Assembly: GCA_964564295.1 (NCBI GenBank)
Contig: CAZMBS010000001.1
Span: 12,182 to 57,379, forward strand
DNA: 45,198 nt
Direction: 5' to 3'
DNA from: an uncultured Streptomycetaceae bacterium
Lineage (GTDB): Bacteria > Pseudomonadota > Gammaproteobacteria > Burkholderiales > SG8-41
Part shown: piece by piece, positions 18,264 to 27,856 of the stretch
Position numbering within the stretch: the first letter of the stretch is position 1
Layout: each line of letters begins with the position of its first letter
Notes under the pieces: generated by a model
What the model was told of the DNA's origin: nothing
Database searches by the model: none
What the model saw: only the letters and a program-made list of their open reading frames with translations
Position numbers and translations under genes: made by a program

Positions 18264-19507
18264 GGCGGCGGTTGTCCGCTCGCCGCATTTCCGCGCGGCG
18301 CGAGCAGTGCGCCCAGGAACAGTCCGATCAGGTGACCTTCCGAAAACGTGCGGAAATGCGAGCTGAACAGGCTTGTCACACACCAGATCGCGAGCGCGCC
18401 GCCGGCGATCCATCCGTAGGGACTCAAGCGCGCCGCACAGAATCCCGTCACGAGGATGGCGCAGAACGCGAGCAGTCCGACAACACCCGATTGCATCGCA
18501 ATAAACAGGTACTGGTTGTGCGGGTCGGTGGTCGGCGTCGCACGCCAGTCGTTGTAGCGTCCGCTTACGACTTTCGCATATTCCCTGCCGAAACTGCCGG
18601 TGCCATAGCCGACCAGCGGTCGCTCCAGTATCAATTCCACGGCGGTTCTGTAAAACACGACGCGTGCGCCCATCGACGTGAGTTCGGCGCTCTGGTCGGC
18701 ATGGGCCACTTCGTTTACTGCCTGCGTTATCCGGTCGCGAAACTGGGGCGCTGTTGCGTAAGCGATCAGGCCGGACACGACGAGTATCAACACCGAAACG
18801 TGCATGCGGCGCCAGCCCCATATCATGACGACGGACACGAAGGTGGCGATGGCGAGCGCCACGTAACCGCTGCGGCCGGGCGTGACGTAAATGATATTGA
18901 TCGCGAAAGCGAGCGCGGTTGCGCCGAGCACCCATGGCAGCCGGCCTGTGGCGCCGCGGGCAAAGTGCGCCGCGCACAGAATGGCCAGACTGAACACCAT
19001 GCCCTGGACCGAGTGGTTCTGGAGCACCACGCCCTGAATCGTGCCCGCGATCTGGTTGGACTTGGGCGGCACGACGCCAAGCACGGTGAGAAAGGAAATC
19101 GTCACGCCGATAGCGGCGACCACGAGAAACGCCGCCACAAACCGCTGCTGCCACTGTTCGGGCGCGAACAGACCCAGCAACAGCAGTGCGAACGCGAGTT
19201 TGCGCCAGCCCCATAGGTCGTGCCAGCGTTCCGCCCACGTCGCCGAACCGTACAGCATGCCGATGGCAGCGAGCGCGAGAAAAGCGGTCAACGCGATTCC
19301 GAACGGATTTCGGAGACTCGCCCGCAGCGTGGATAGCGCCTCGCCGGACATCATCCAGCTCGCGAGCATGACAGCGCAGGCGAGGCTCGTCAGCGCAGTG
19401 GAAAAGGTTGCAGCGCAGGCGCCGCTGATGGCCGCTCCGCGGCTCACCGCGAGACAGCGGGCGCGCCATGCGGGGCCGGCGGGCAATGCGATTCCGGGAT
19501 TATTCAA
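18251..19507 (-). CDS. waaL: O-antigen ligase (Wzy_C) family protein
   Basis: Multi-TM protein with GRSGY, SMGARV, PLVGYGTGSF, DPHNQYL...GVVGL. Start uncertain; TTG 19507 chosen to avoid overlap with the GT25 gene. Confidence 0.82.
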   Translation of the reverse strand: MNNPGIALPAGPAWRARCLAVSRGAAISGACAATFSTALTSLACAVMLASWMMSGEALSTLRASLRNPFGIALTAFLALAAIGMLYGSATWAERWHDLWGWRKLAFALLLLGLFAPEQWQQRFVAAFLVVAAIGVTISFLTVLGVVPPKSNQIAGTIQGVVLQNHSVQGMVFSLAILCAAHFARGATGRLPWVLGATALAFAINIIYVTPGRSGYVALAIATFVSVVMIWGWRRMHVSVLILVVSGLIAYATAPQFRDRITQAVNEVAHADQSAELTSMGARVVFYRTAVELILERPLVGYGTGSFGREYAKVVSGRYNDWRATPTTDPHNQYLFIAMQSGVVGLLAFCAILVTGFCAARLSPYGWIAGGALAIWCVTSLFSSHFRTFSEGHLIGLFLGALLAPRGNAASGQPPPQDK

Positions 19508-19553
19508 ATTGGTATCCGATTTCCGGGAGCCCTGGTGCCGCGCGACCGGAGTC

Positions 19554-20279
19554 TCAGCGCCACAGCTGATACAGGTATTTTCGGCGCAGCTTCTCCCACC
19601 GGAATATGAACGCCTGCACCCAGGTGGGCCATTGTGAGTCGGGCTCAAGGGTGGTGTCGAACAAGCCGGTCTTGCTGCCTTGTTCGACGACGGGGTCTTC
19701 GAGCCACAACATCATGATGCCGGCATCGCGGTCGATGATTTCGAACTGATTGTCTATCGGATTCGAGACGCGATGTACCGAAACCCAGTCGAGCCGGGCT
19801 TGCGCGGCGGGCATGCCGATGATGTAGGAGTCTGCGAGCCGGCCGCGAGCCCCGGCGTAGAGCCGCTGGCCGGGCCGGCGCATGCTGTGCGGAGTGTAGA
19901 AGTTGCCCCCGCAACCGATAAACACGACGGAGGGCTGCGGGAACCGGGGCCACTCGGACAGTGCGGCACTGACGCCGTCCGCGAATCCTTCTGCGAGCAA
20001 CGCATCATCTTCGAGAACGAGGGCCTGTTGTTGCCCGCGCGCGACGATGCGGCGCAATGCCGTAAGGTGTTTGAGGCCGCATGACTTCTGGCGGATATTC
20101 AGATCACCCTTGAACGTCTGTGCCTCGATTTCCGGTGTAATGTCTTCCGTATCCCACGCGTCAATGAACTCGGGGACGAGTCCGAATCGCGCGAGCTGCG
20201 TGCTGACGCTGCGGCGGCGCGCATCGGAGGTGCGGACGCTGACCACGTAGACGGCATCAAGGCCGGAGGAAGCGCTCAT
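19554..20279 (-). CDS. Glycosyltransferase family 25 (LPS biosynthesis)
   Basis: C-terminal part of ORF 19554..21071: VYVVS...RRR, FIDA, SCGLKH, LVLEDDA, PID. Confidence 0.85.
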   Translation of the reverse strand: MSASSGLDAVYVVSVRTSDARRRSVSTQLARFGLVPEFIDAWDTEDITPEIEAQTFKGDLNIRQKSCGLKHLTALRRIVARGQQQALVLEDDALLAEGFADGVSAALSEWPRFPQPSVVFIGCGGNFYTPHSMRRPGQRLYAGARGRLADSYIIGMPAAQARLDWVSVHRVSNPIDNQFEIIDRDAGIMMLWLEDPVVEQGSKTGLFDTTLEPDSQWPTWVQAFIFRWEKLRRKYLYQLWR

Positions 20280-20341
20280 GGATGGGTATGCGTTTTCAAT
20301 GACCGTGCGCCGCCACTGATACCGTGGTGGCGCGATTGTCG

Positions 20342-21439
20342 CTACGCCGGCGCATTGTACCGCGCATCCAGCAGTCGTTCCGCCGCATGAATTACACGCG
20401 CAGCGGACAATTGCTGCAGGCAATCGCTCAAGCTGCTGATGTGCCGCTCGCAGCCTTCCAGATGGCAGGGCACGCAGGCGCCGGTGCCCTGCAGCAGGAT
20501 CACGTTGCCCCTGTGCTGGGTGCCGCACCGCTGCCAGGGGTTCTCGGATGCCGGGTGCCCCTTGGGCCATGGTCCCCATTTGACCGCATTGGTCGGACCG
20601 AAAAGAGCCAGTACCGGGACTCCGAGTGCCGCGGCCATATGCGTCATCGCGGTGTCCGGGCCGACGTAGATGCGCGACCGGCCGGCAAGGCAGCTTGCCG
20701 CCGGCAGGGAGATTTTGCCGGCAAGATTGACCGTGTCGGCGGGCAGGGCCGCAGCGATGCGCTGCACGTACTGCAACTCTTCCGTCTCCGAGCCGCCGGT
20801 CAGCACGATACGCAGGCCACGCGCGGCGAGATGCTGCGCGAGTGCAGCCCAGCCATCGGCGCGCCACATTTTGTAGCTGAACTTCGGAAATACATGCAGC
20901 ACGGCAAACGCGGTATGCCTGGTGTCGAACCCCGCGGCGGCGGCAAGTTCGGCCTCGTGCCGCGGTTGCCACGCGGGCACGACTCTCGCGCGAGGCGCGA
21001 TGCCCAGGATGTCCGCAAGCGCGAGGTGCGTGCGTACCGTGTGTGTGTTGAGCCCGTCGAAATCCGCCCACCGGTCAAGCAGGCGACGCTTCCAATGCTG
21101 TTGTGCTTCGTCGATCAGCAAACCGGCGCGCCAGCGTCCGGCCGCCCAAGCGTAAAGCGTCGGACGGTCACCCGGAACCAGCGATACGGCCGCGTCGTAC
21201 CGGTTCCATAAACCGGCAATAAAAACAACATGTTGCAAAACTCCGGGTCGCTCGCGTACTGCGATGACCCGGCGTACGCGCGGATGCGCCTGTACCACGC
21301 TCCCGGTTCCATTGAACACCAGCATGTCAATCGCGGTGTCGGTCCAGGCCTCGGCGATGGACTCGATGAGCGGCGTCGCGAGCAGCACGTCGCCGATCCG
21401 GCGCGTAATCACGAGCAGGATGTTTGCGGGCGGCTTCAT
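20342..21439 (-). CDS. GT9 family LPS heptosyltransferase (RfaQ/WaaQ-like)
   Basis: ILLVITRRIGDVLLATPLI, YKMW, NLAGKISL, GPDTAMTHMAAALGVPVLALFGPT. Confidence 0.88.
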   Translation of the reverse strand: MKPPANILLVITRRIGDVLLATPLIESIAEAWTDTAIDMLVFNGTGSVVQAHPRVRRVIAVRERPGVLQHVVFIAGLWNRYDAAVSLVPGDRPTLYAWAAGRWRAGLLIDEAQQHWKRRLLDRWADFDGLNTHTVRTHLALADILGIAPRARVVPAWQPRHEAELAAAAGFDTRHTAFAVLHVFPKFSYKMWRADGWAALAQHLAARGLRIVLTGGSETEELQYVQRIAAALPADTVNLAGKISLPAASCLAGRSRIYVGPDTAMTHMAAALGVPVLALFGPTNAVKWGPWPKGHPASENPWQRCGTQHRGNVILLQGTGACVPCHLEGCERHISSLSDCLQQLSAARVIHAAERLLDARYNAPA

Positions 21440-22251
21440 TACAGATATCGATCGACGCCGACGCGCGCGCGCCTGCGGCCGGAAGCGATGAGTTCGTCCA
21501 GCAGCCGCTGATTGTCGTCGAACCCGCGCTTGTCCGCTTCGCGATGCCACAGGTGAAACACGGAAGCGGCGAAGCGGGCGCTCTTGTGCCGGATTCCCGC
21601 GTGGATGAGACGAATCGCCAGATCGGAATCTTCGAGCCCCCATTTTCCCGCAAAGGACTCGTCGAATCCGTTCACTGCGACCAGGTCCTCGCGCCACGCC
21701 GAGAGGTTGCAGGTTTTCACGCCCTTCCAGCGGTCAGGCGCACGCTTGCGGAACGCGCCGTCCGGCAGCCGCAGCAACGGCAGCCAGCGATTGATATCGC
21801 GTTTCAACCAGGAGCCAAACCAGCGCCCCGTGCTTCGATCGTGCAACGGCAGGCATTGCGCCAGGGCGCGCCTTGTGAATCCTTCGCTCAACAGCACGCG
21901 ATTGCCCGACAGGAACCACCCCGGCTCCGCGAGCCGCCGGTGCTGCGCCAGGAAATCGCGCGGCGGGACGCAATCGTGATCCGTAAACACGATGTATTCC
22001 GCATCGGTCGCTGCGATCCCGCGATTGCGCATCACGGATGCGCCGAAACCGCGGTTTTCCTGCCACAGATGGGTCACCCGGAACGGCGCGCGCGCGGCGT
22101 ATTCGGACACCACGGCGCGAACCGTGTCCTGCGAGCCGTCGTCTGCGACGATGATCTCAAAATCGCCCGATGCCTGCTGCAGATAACCTTCCAGCAGCGC
22201 GGCGAGAGTATCGGGGCGGTTATAGGCCGCGACGACAACCGCGATCTTCAC
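21439..22251 (-). CDS. Glycosyltransferase family 2
   Basis: AYNRP, EIIVADDGS, RNRG, FTDHDC, NGFDE, WGLEDSD. GTG start overlaps the upstream stop. Confidence 0.88.
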   Translation of the reverse strand: MKIAVVVAAYNRPDTLAALLEGYLQQASGDFEIIVADDGSQDTVRAVVSEYAARAPFRVTHLWQENRGFGASVMRNRGIAATDAEYIVFTDHDCVPPRDFLAQHRRLAEPGWFLSGNRVLLSEGFTRRALAQCLPLHDRSTGRWFGSWLKRDINRWLPLLRLPDGAFRKRAPDRWKGVKTCNLSAWREDLVAVNGFDESFAGKWGLEDSDLAIRLIHAGIRHKSARFAASVFHLWHREADKRGFDDNQRLLDELIASGRRRARVGVDRYL

Positions 22252-23000
22252 GGCCTGCGCTCTCCGAGAAACATGAGTTTCACGTAGCGGTAGTAGGTGC
22301 CCTCCGCATTGCCGATCGCAAGCAGCAATCCCTCGCGGCCGTCGAGAAACCCGAGCCGCAGCACATAGGTGCGGAAAAAGGCCCAGGCGCCGTGCAGCAG
22401 CGCGGTACACAGCGATGCGCGCCTGCCGCGATCGTGCGCCATGATCGCGCCTGCCGTGGAATAGCCGTTCATCTTGACGAGCATCATGTCGAGATCAGTG
22501 ATGGCCTCGTGCATGAGATGCTCGCGCAGCTTGCCGACCGGCCCGTCGGGCACCAGGTGGTCGTGTACGATGCCGCCGCCGTACTGCGCGTGCCCGCGAC
22601 GGAACAGACGCGACACGTAGTCCGGCCACCAGCCGCTGTGGCGCATGTAGCGCCCGCAGAAGCTCGACGATCGCGGCATGCGAAAGGCCACCACGGCGCC
22701 AGGTGATTGCACGACGGCCTCGATTTCGCGGCGCGACGCCTCGGTTACCCACTCGTCCGCGTCAAGGGCCAGTATCCATTCTCCGGTTGCGCGTGCAATC
22801 GCGCGATTGCGCTGCGGGCCGGGCCCGGGCCAGTCGTCCGTGACGTGGGTTTTCGCGCGCAGAGCCTGCGCGATATGCAATGTGTCGTCCGTGCTTCCCG
22901 AGTCGACGACGATGATTTCGTCGGCCCATTGCACCGACTCCAGGCATCGGCGGATGGTTGCGCCGGCATTCTTGGTGATGACGATCGCCGAGATGCTCAT
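22248..23000 (-). CDS. GT2 LPS core glycosyltransferase (KdtX/WaaE-like)
   Basis: ITKN, IIVVDSGSTDDT, QRN, LDADE, WWPDY..RLF, GFLDGREG. Confidence 0.88.
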   Translation of the reverse strand: MSISAIVITKNAGATIRRCLESVQWADEIIVVDSGSTDDTLHIAQALRAKTHVTDDWPGPGPQRNRAIARATGEWILALDADEWVTEASRREIEAVVQSPGAVVAFRMPRSSSFCGRYMRHSGWWPDYVSRLFRRGHAQYGGGIVHDHLVPDGPVGKLREHLMHEAITDLDMMLVKMNGYSTAGAIMAHDRGRRASLCTALLHGAWAFFRTYVLRLGFLDGREGLLLAIGNAEGTYYRYVKLMFLGERRP

Positions 23001-23081
23001 ATCACCGTCCTGGGAACTTCCGGCCCGCCCCGCGTCCAGAACGGAGACGTCGTCGCCACGGACACCCGCGGTACAGCCATG

Positions 23082-24899
23082 TCACCGCGCCGTGTATTCG
23101 GGAATCCATTGCGTCAGCCCTGCCTTCACCGCACTATCGTCCAGGTTGCGGACCGTGTCCAGCCACGGAATCAGCGCAACGAACAAGGTCTCCCGATCCT
23201 CGCGTGCCCGCGCAATGCGCAGCATCGGGTGCGGCGTCGGCAGCGAGTTCTCTGCGGATGCGAGCACTTCCTCGTACAGTTTTTCGCCCGGCCGCAGTCC
23301 GGTGTAAACGATGCGGATCTCGTTCTCGCTGAACCCGGAAAGACGGATCATGTCTCGCGCGAGTTCGGCAATTTTCACCGGCTCTCCCATGTCGAGCACG
23401 AATATTTCGCGACCCGCGCCCATGAGACCCGCCTGCATCACGAGCTGCACGGCCTCCGGTATCGACATGAAGAACCGCGTGATTTCCGGATGCGTCACGG
23501 TAACGGGGCCGCCTTTCGCGATTTGTTCGCGAAATCTGGGAATGACGCTGCCGGTGCTCCCGAGCACGTTGCCGAACCGGACGATCACGAATCGCGTGCC
23601 GCCGCGCTGCTGCGTGGCCTGGCAGACCATTTCGGCGAGCCGTTTGCTCGCGCCCATCACGCTCGTCGGATTTACCGCCTTGTCGGTTGAAACGAATACG
23701 AATTTGTCCACGCCATGTTTGACCGCGGCCTGTGCGATGACCTGCGTGCCGAGCACATTGTTGAGCACGGCCTGCGCGGCGTTGTCCCGCTCCATCAACG
23801 GAACGTGCTTGTAGGCCGCCGCGTGAAAAACTGCCGCCGGACGGCTGGACGACATGATTTGCTCGACCCGCGCGACGTCCTTGACATCGCCTATGGCGCA
23901 GGTCAACGGTACCGCGGGAAACCGCTCGGCAAATTCCTGTTCGATCGTGTACAGCGCGTACTCGTTGAGTTCGAACAGCACGAGGCGCGCCGGCCCGTAT
24001 CGGGCAATCTGCCGCGCAAGCTCGGCGCCGATGGAGCCACCCGCGCCGGTGATCAGGATGACGCTGCCGCCGATCCATGCGCGCAGCCCGCTTGCATCCA
24101 GCTCGACCGGATCGCGCCCCAACAGGTCGTCGAGCTCCACATGACGCACCTGGGAGACCGTCACGCGGCCGCTCAACAGGTCATCGTACGACGGTACTGT
24201 AAGGACTTTGAGTTCCGCGGCGCGGCAACGCTCAACTGCGCGGCGACGGGCCGCATGGCCGGCCTCGGGCATGGCGATGATGGCGTGTTGGACCGACAGA
24301 TCCCGAGCCATTGTCGCCAGCTGCGCGAGTCCTCCGAGAACCCTGGTGCCCTGCAATTCACGACCATGCCGGCTGACGTCGTCGTCAAATACGCCGCATA
24401 CCCGCCACTGAGGGCTGCGCGCGAGTTCCTTTATGAGGCTGGCCGCCGCACCGTCGGCCCCGATGACGAATACCGGTTCACGATCCGCATTGCCGAGCGC
24501 CGCGAAGCTGCGCTCTTTCCAGGCCCGGTATGCAAACCGGCTGCCACCCATCAACATCACCAGAAACACCGGCGAAATGATGAACACCGATCGGGGCACT
24601 CCGAGCTGAAGCATGGTCATGAGGGCCGGCACTGCCAGCGCCGCGGTTCCGACAGCCAGCACGATGCGCCGCAGATCGGGAAGGCTCGCGAAACGCCAGA
24701 TGCCTCGATAAAGTCCGAAGCCGAAAAACAGCAGTCCGTTCGCCGCCACGACCAGCGGCAGCGACAGCACGGCATTGTCGACGAAGACGACCGGAATCTC
24801 GAAATTGAATCGCAATGCATAAGCGATCAGCCAGGCCAGCGCGCAGGCCACGAGATCGTGCGAAAACGCAAGCAGCGTGCGCCAGTTCGCGCGCATCAT
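23082..24899 (-). CDS. Membrane-bound UDP-GlcNAc 4,6-dehydratase (WbpM/CapD/PglF family)
   Basis: N-terminal TMs, DLLGR, TGAGGSIG, HAAAYKHVP, STDKAVNPTSVMGASK, VRFGNVLGS, GLRPGEKLYEE. Confidence 0.93.
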   Translation of the reverse strand: MMRANWRTLLAFSHDLVACALAWLIAYALRFNFEIPVVFVDNAVLSLPLVVAANGLLFFGFGLYRGIWRFASLPDLRRIVLAVGTAALAVPALMTMLQLGVPRSVFIISPVFLVMLMGGSRFAYRAWKERSFAALGNADREPVFVIGADGAAASLIKELARSPQWRVCGVFDDDVSRHGRELQGTRVLGGLAQLATMARDLSVQHAIIAMPEAGHAARRRAVERCRAAELKVLTVPSYDDLLSGRVTVSQVRHVELDDLLGRDPVELDASGLRAWIGGSVILITGAGGSIGAELARQIARYGPARLVLFELNEYALYTIEQEFAERFPAVPLTCAIGDVKDVARVEQIMSSSRPAAVFHAAAYKHVPLMERDNAAQAVLNNVLGTQVIAQAAVKHGVDKFVFVSTDKAVNPTSVMGASKRLAEMVCQATQQRGGTRFVIVRFGNVLGSTGSVIPRFREQIAKGGPVTVTHPEITRFFMSIPEAVQLVMQAGLMGAGREIFVLDMGEPVKIAELARDMIRLSGFSENEIRIVYTGLRPGEKLYEEVLASAENSLPTPHPMLRIARAREDRETLFVALIPWLDTVRNLDDSAVKAGLTQWIPEYTAR

Positions 24900-25879
24900 T
24901 TGACGGGAGCCTGACGACGGTGCCAGGCAAGTTCAATTGCGCCGAGCATGACCGCATACAAGACCGCGAGGACCGTGACCACGGTTGTTGTGGCCGTGTC
25001 GCTGCCGGCCAGCGCGAGCAACCCGGCGATGCCGCAGGCGCCCATCAGCGCGTACTCCACGAGCGCGGTCAAACCATGTCCCCAACCCAGTTGCACGAGT
25101 CGCTGGTAGTAGTGATCGCGATGGGCTTCCCAGACCTTTTCTCGGGAAAGCAAGCGCCGCGCGAGCGTAACGCTGGCATCGACGATGAACGGCGAGAACA
25201 CGAGCAGCGGAAACCACCATGGCCAGTCACGTTGCAGCCAGCCGACCAGGCCGAAGCTCGCTGCCAGAAATCCCAGGGGCACCGATCCGACGTCGCCCAT
25301 GAAAATCCGCGCCGGATGAAAATTGAATGCCAGGAAGCCTGCCGCAGCGGCTGCCACGCTGAGATTCAGCATCGCGAATTCGGTGCTGCCCGAAAGCCAG
25401 GCGGCAATTCCGTAGAACGAAAATCCGAACAAGGCCATGCCGCCCGCAAGTCCGTCGGAACCGTCCATGAAGTTGTAGAGATTGATCATCCACGCGACTG
25501 CAAGCGCCACGACCATTGCCGCCGGCCAACCGAAGCCCGGCGTTACCATCTCCCAGGCCACCGCACCCGCGGCGACCACATGCGCGACCAAGCGTACAAC
25601 GACCGACAGTCCGCCGACATCATCGAGCATCGAAACACCCAGCAACGCGAGAAACGCCGCACCGACGGTTGCGGGCAGGTTCGGGGACAGCAGTAGCCAC
25701 GCAAGCAGGATGCCGGCGTGCAATCCGATGCCACCGGTGCGCGGCATCGGTCGCACATGCAGCGAACGGTCGTTAGGAAGATCCAGCGCGAGCGATGCCA
25801 ATCCGCCGCGCGCAAGCCACCAGACGATCAGGAGCGAAGCTGCAAATGCCGCCAGCGGGGCATGGGTAGCCAAGGGCAA
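24896..25879 (-). CDS. Undecaprenyl-phosphate HexNAc-1-phosphate transferase (WecA/WbpL, MraY-like)
   Basis: RSLH..P.PRTGG, LDD, NLYNFMDGSDG, FNF.PARIFMGDVGS, AHRDHYYQ. Confidence 0.92.
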   Translation of the reverse strand: MPLATHAPLAAFAASLLIVWWLARGGLASLALDLPNDRSLHVRPMPRTGGIGLHAGILLAWLLLSPNLPATVGAAFLALLGVSMLDDVGGLSVVVRLVAHVVAAGAVAWEMVTPGFGWPAAMVVALAVAWMINLYNFMDGSDGLAGGMALFGFSFYGIAAWLSGSTEFAMLNLSVAAAAAGFLAFNFHPARIFMGDVGSVPLGFLAASFGLVGWLQRDWPWWFPLLVFSPFIVDASVTLARRLLSREKVWEAHRDHYYQRLVQLGWGHGLTALVEYALMGACGIAGLLALAGSDTATTTVVTVLAVLYAVMLGAIELAWHRRQAPVK

Positions 25880-25951
25880 TATGCGTTATGTGATTGATTT
25901 ATATTGACTTGTGGATGATACCATCAACGCGCAAACGGCAGCAGGCCCGGC

Positions 25952-26893
25952 CTATCCCGGCAGCGTACGAAACCACCTTGCCGTTTGCGCGAGTCCCTCG
26001 TCAAGCGTGCGATGCGGACGCCAGCCGAGTTCGACGCGTATGCGCGACGCGTCAATCTGCAACGATCCGGTCAGCCGCGCCAACGCATCGTTCCTGCCCA
26101 GCACGCTTCCGGCGAGTTCGAGCAACGCGGTCGGGCAAGGCAGCAACCGCGGCTTGACGCCCAGCGCAACCGCGATCGCGCGCACGAGATCCGGCGTGGA
26201 AACATCTTCGCCGTCGCTGACAAGGTAGGTCTTGCCTGCGGCAGCCGGCGTGTCGATACAGGCGACGACGGCATCGACGAGATTTTCCAGATACACCAGG
26301 CTTCGGCGATTGCCGATCGAGCCCAGCGGCAGCAGTGCGCCGCGCGCAATCCACTGCATCAGGCGCAAGAAATTGCCTTTGACGCCGGGGCCGTAAACCA
26401 GCGGGGATCGGAGTACCACCAGCTCCATCGTGGAACCCGCGGCAAGATCACGCAACACGTCTTCCGCTTCGAGTTTGCTGATTCCATATGCATCTATGGG
26501 CGCGGGCGTATCCGTTTCGGAGTAGCGTTGCCCCTCGGCCGTGGATTCTCCATTGACCTTGATCGAACTCAGAAAGACGAACCGGCGCACGCCGGCCGCG
26601 ATAGCCTGCTGCGCAAGCCGGCGTGTCGCGTCGACATTGACCCGCCGGTACGCGGACAACGGGTCGGCTTCATGTTCATGCAGTACATGCGTGCGAGCGG
26701 CGAGGTGCACGACGTATTCGACGCCCTCGAGCGCGACGCGCCAGTCGGTTTGCTCGTCGATTTCACCAACAACGCAGTCATTGGCAGTGAATGCGGACGG
26801 CTCGCGCCTGAGCGCGCGCCGCATGCCGAGTAACATCTGCCGGGCGAGCAGCGCACGCGCAACGAATCCCTCGGCGCCCGTAACGAGTATCAC
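25952..26893 (-). CDS. NAD-dependent epimerase/reductase (WbpV/WbpK-like)
   Basis: LVTGAEGFVA, VVHLAARTH, FLSSIKVNGE, YGISK, PLVYGPGVKGN. Start uncertain (GTG 26893). Confidence 0.85.
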   Translation of the reverse strand: MILVTGAEGFVARALLARQMLLGMRRALRREPSAFTANDCVVGEIDEQTDWRVALEGVEYVVHLAARTHVLHEHEADPLSAYRRVNVDATRRLAQQAIAAGVRRFVFLSSIKVNGESTAEGQRYSETDTPAPIDAYGISKLEAEDVLRDLAAGSTMELVVLRSPLVYGPGVKGNFLRLMQWIARGALLPLGSIGNRRSLVYLENLVDAVVACIDTPAAAGKTYLVSDGEDVSTPDLVRAIAVALGVKPRLLPCPTALLELAGSVLGRNDALARLTGSLQIDASRIRVELGWRPHRTLDEGLAQTARWFRTLPG

Positions 26894-27072
26894 AACACGA
26901 TCCAAATGTTGCACCGGCCGCGGCGCGATGGGAACGGAGATATGCGCACAAGCCACGTTCGCGGTATGCGGTAAAACGCTATCATGACGTTCGGGAATCC
27001 GGACCGGTGAATACGATTCGCAGTGGGCCGTAGCATAATGACTTTCCGGGCCGCGAGGTAGGCTGTCACTCG

Positions 27073-27825
27073 ATGCAAGACAAGGTTGACCTCAGCATCT
27101 CAGTCGTTAGCCACGGGCAGGAGGCGCTCGTGGGGTGCCTGCTCGCCGACCTGGAGCAATATTGCTCCGGCGCCATGGAGGTGATACTGACACTCAATAT
27201 CCCGGAGTCCCTCTCGTTCAGCGCAGACGCTTTCCGTTTTCCATTGCGCATTTTAAAAAATGAGCGCGCCAGGGGATTTGGCGCCAATCACAATGCCGCG
27301 TTTGCGCATGCTCGGGCCGATCGCTTTTGCGTCCTCAATCCGGATCTCCGGTTTACGATGGATCCATTTCCGTCCCTGTTGCAAAAGTGCGCCGAACCGC
27401 GAGTCGGTGCAGTGTCCGCGGTGGTAACGGGTCCGGATGGCACCCTCGAAGATCATGCCAGACCGTTTCCCCGGGTCGGGCATCTATTCGGAAAAGCGCT
27501 GCGTGGCGGGGCGCCGGACACGAATGTCACGGTGGACGTCAACCAGCGGCCGGACTGGATTGCCGGCATGTTCATGATGTTCCGATCGGATGTGTATCGG
27601 GCGATCGGTGGGTTCGACGAGCGCTATTTTCTGTATTACGAGGATGTGGACCTTTGCGCAAGGCTCCGGGCGTCGGGGTACGACATACAGGTGGATCCGG
27701 CTGTTCGTGTCGTACACTTCGCGCGACGGACCAGCCGCAGAAATCTCCGGTACTTCCTGTGGCATTTCCGCAGCATGCTGCAGTTCCTGTTTACAAAGGC
27801 GCGGCGCCTGCCGCCGCGTCCGTGA
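27073..27825 (+). CDS. Glycosyltransferase family 2 (rhamnosyltransferase-like)
   Basis: SVVSH, GFGANHN, LNPD, DWIAGMFM, GFDERYFLYYEDVDLC. Confidence 0.88.
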   Translation: MQDKVDLSISVVSHGQEALVGCLLADLEQYCSGAMEVILTLNIPESLSFSADAFRFPLRILKNERARGFGANHNAAFAHARADRFCVLNPDLRFTMDPFPSLLQKCAEPRVGAVSAVVTGPDGTLEDHARPFPRVGHLFGKALRGGAPDTNVTVDVNQRPDWIAGMFMMFRSDVYRAIGGFDERYFLYYEDVDLCARLRASGYDIQVDPAVRVVHFARRTSRRNLRYFLWHFRSMLQFLFTKARRLPPRP

Positions 27826-27856
27826 CGCGCCGATACGCTTTGGAGCCCGGGCGGAA

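Noticed and set aside
17418-21071. 683-aa ORF 17418..19469(-) and the N-terminal half of 19554..21071(-)
   Set aside because: They are off-frame overlaps of waaL, the methyltransferase and GT9. Only the GT25 part is real, and there is no sign of a frameshifted fusion.
25885-25912. AT-rich TTGATTTATATTGA, FNR/IHF-like
   Set aside because: Only a half-site match to either consensus, too weak to call.
27026-27040. GGCCGTAGCAT resembling an ops/JUMPStart element
   Set aside because: It mismatches the GGCGGTAG core and has no JUMPStart context. It is more likely part of a -10 box (CATAAT).
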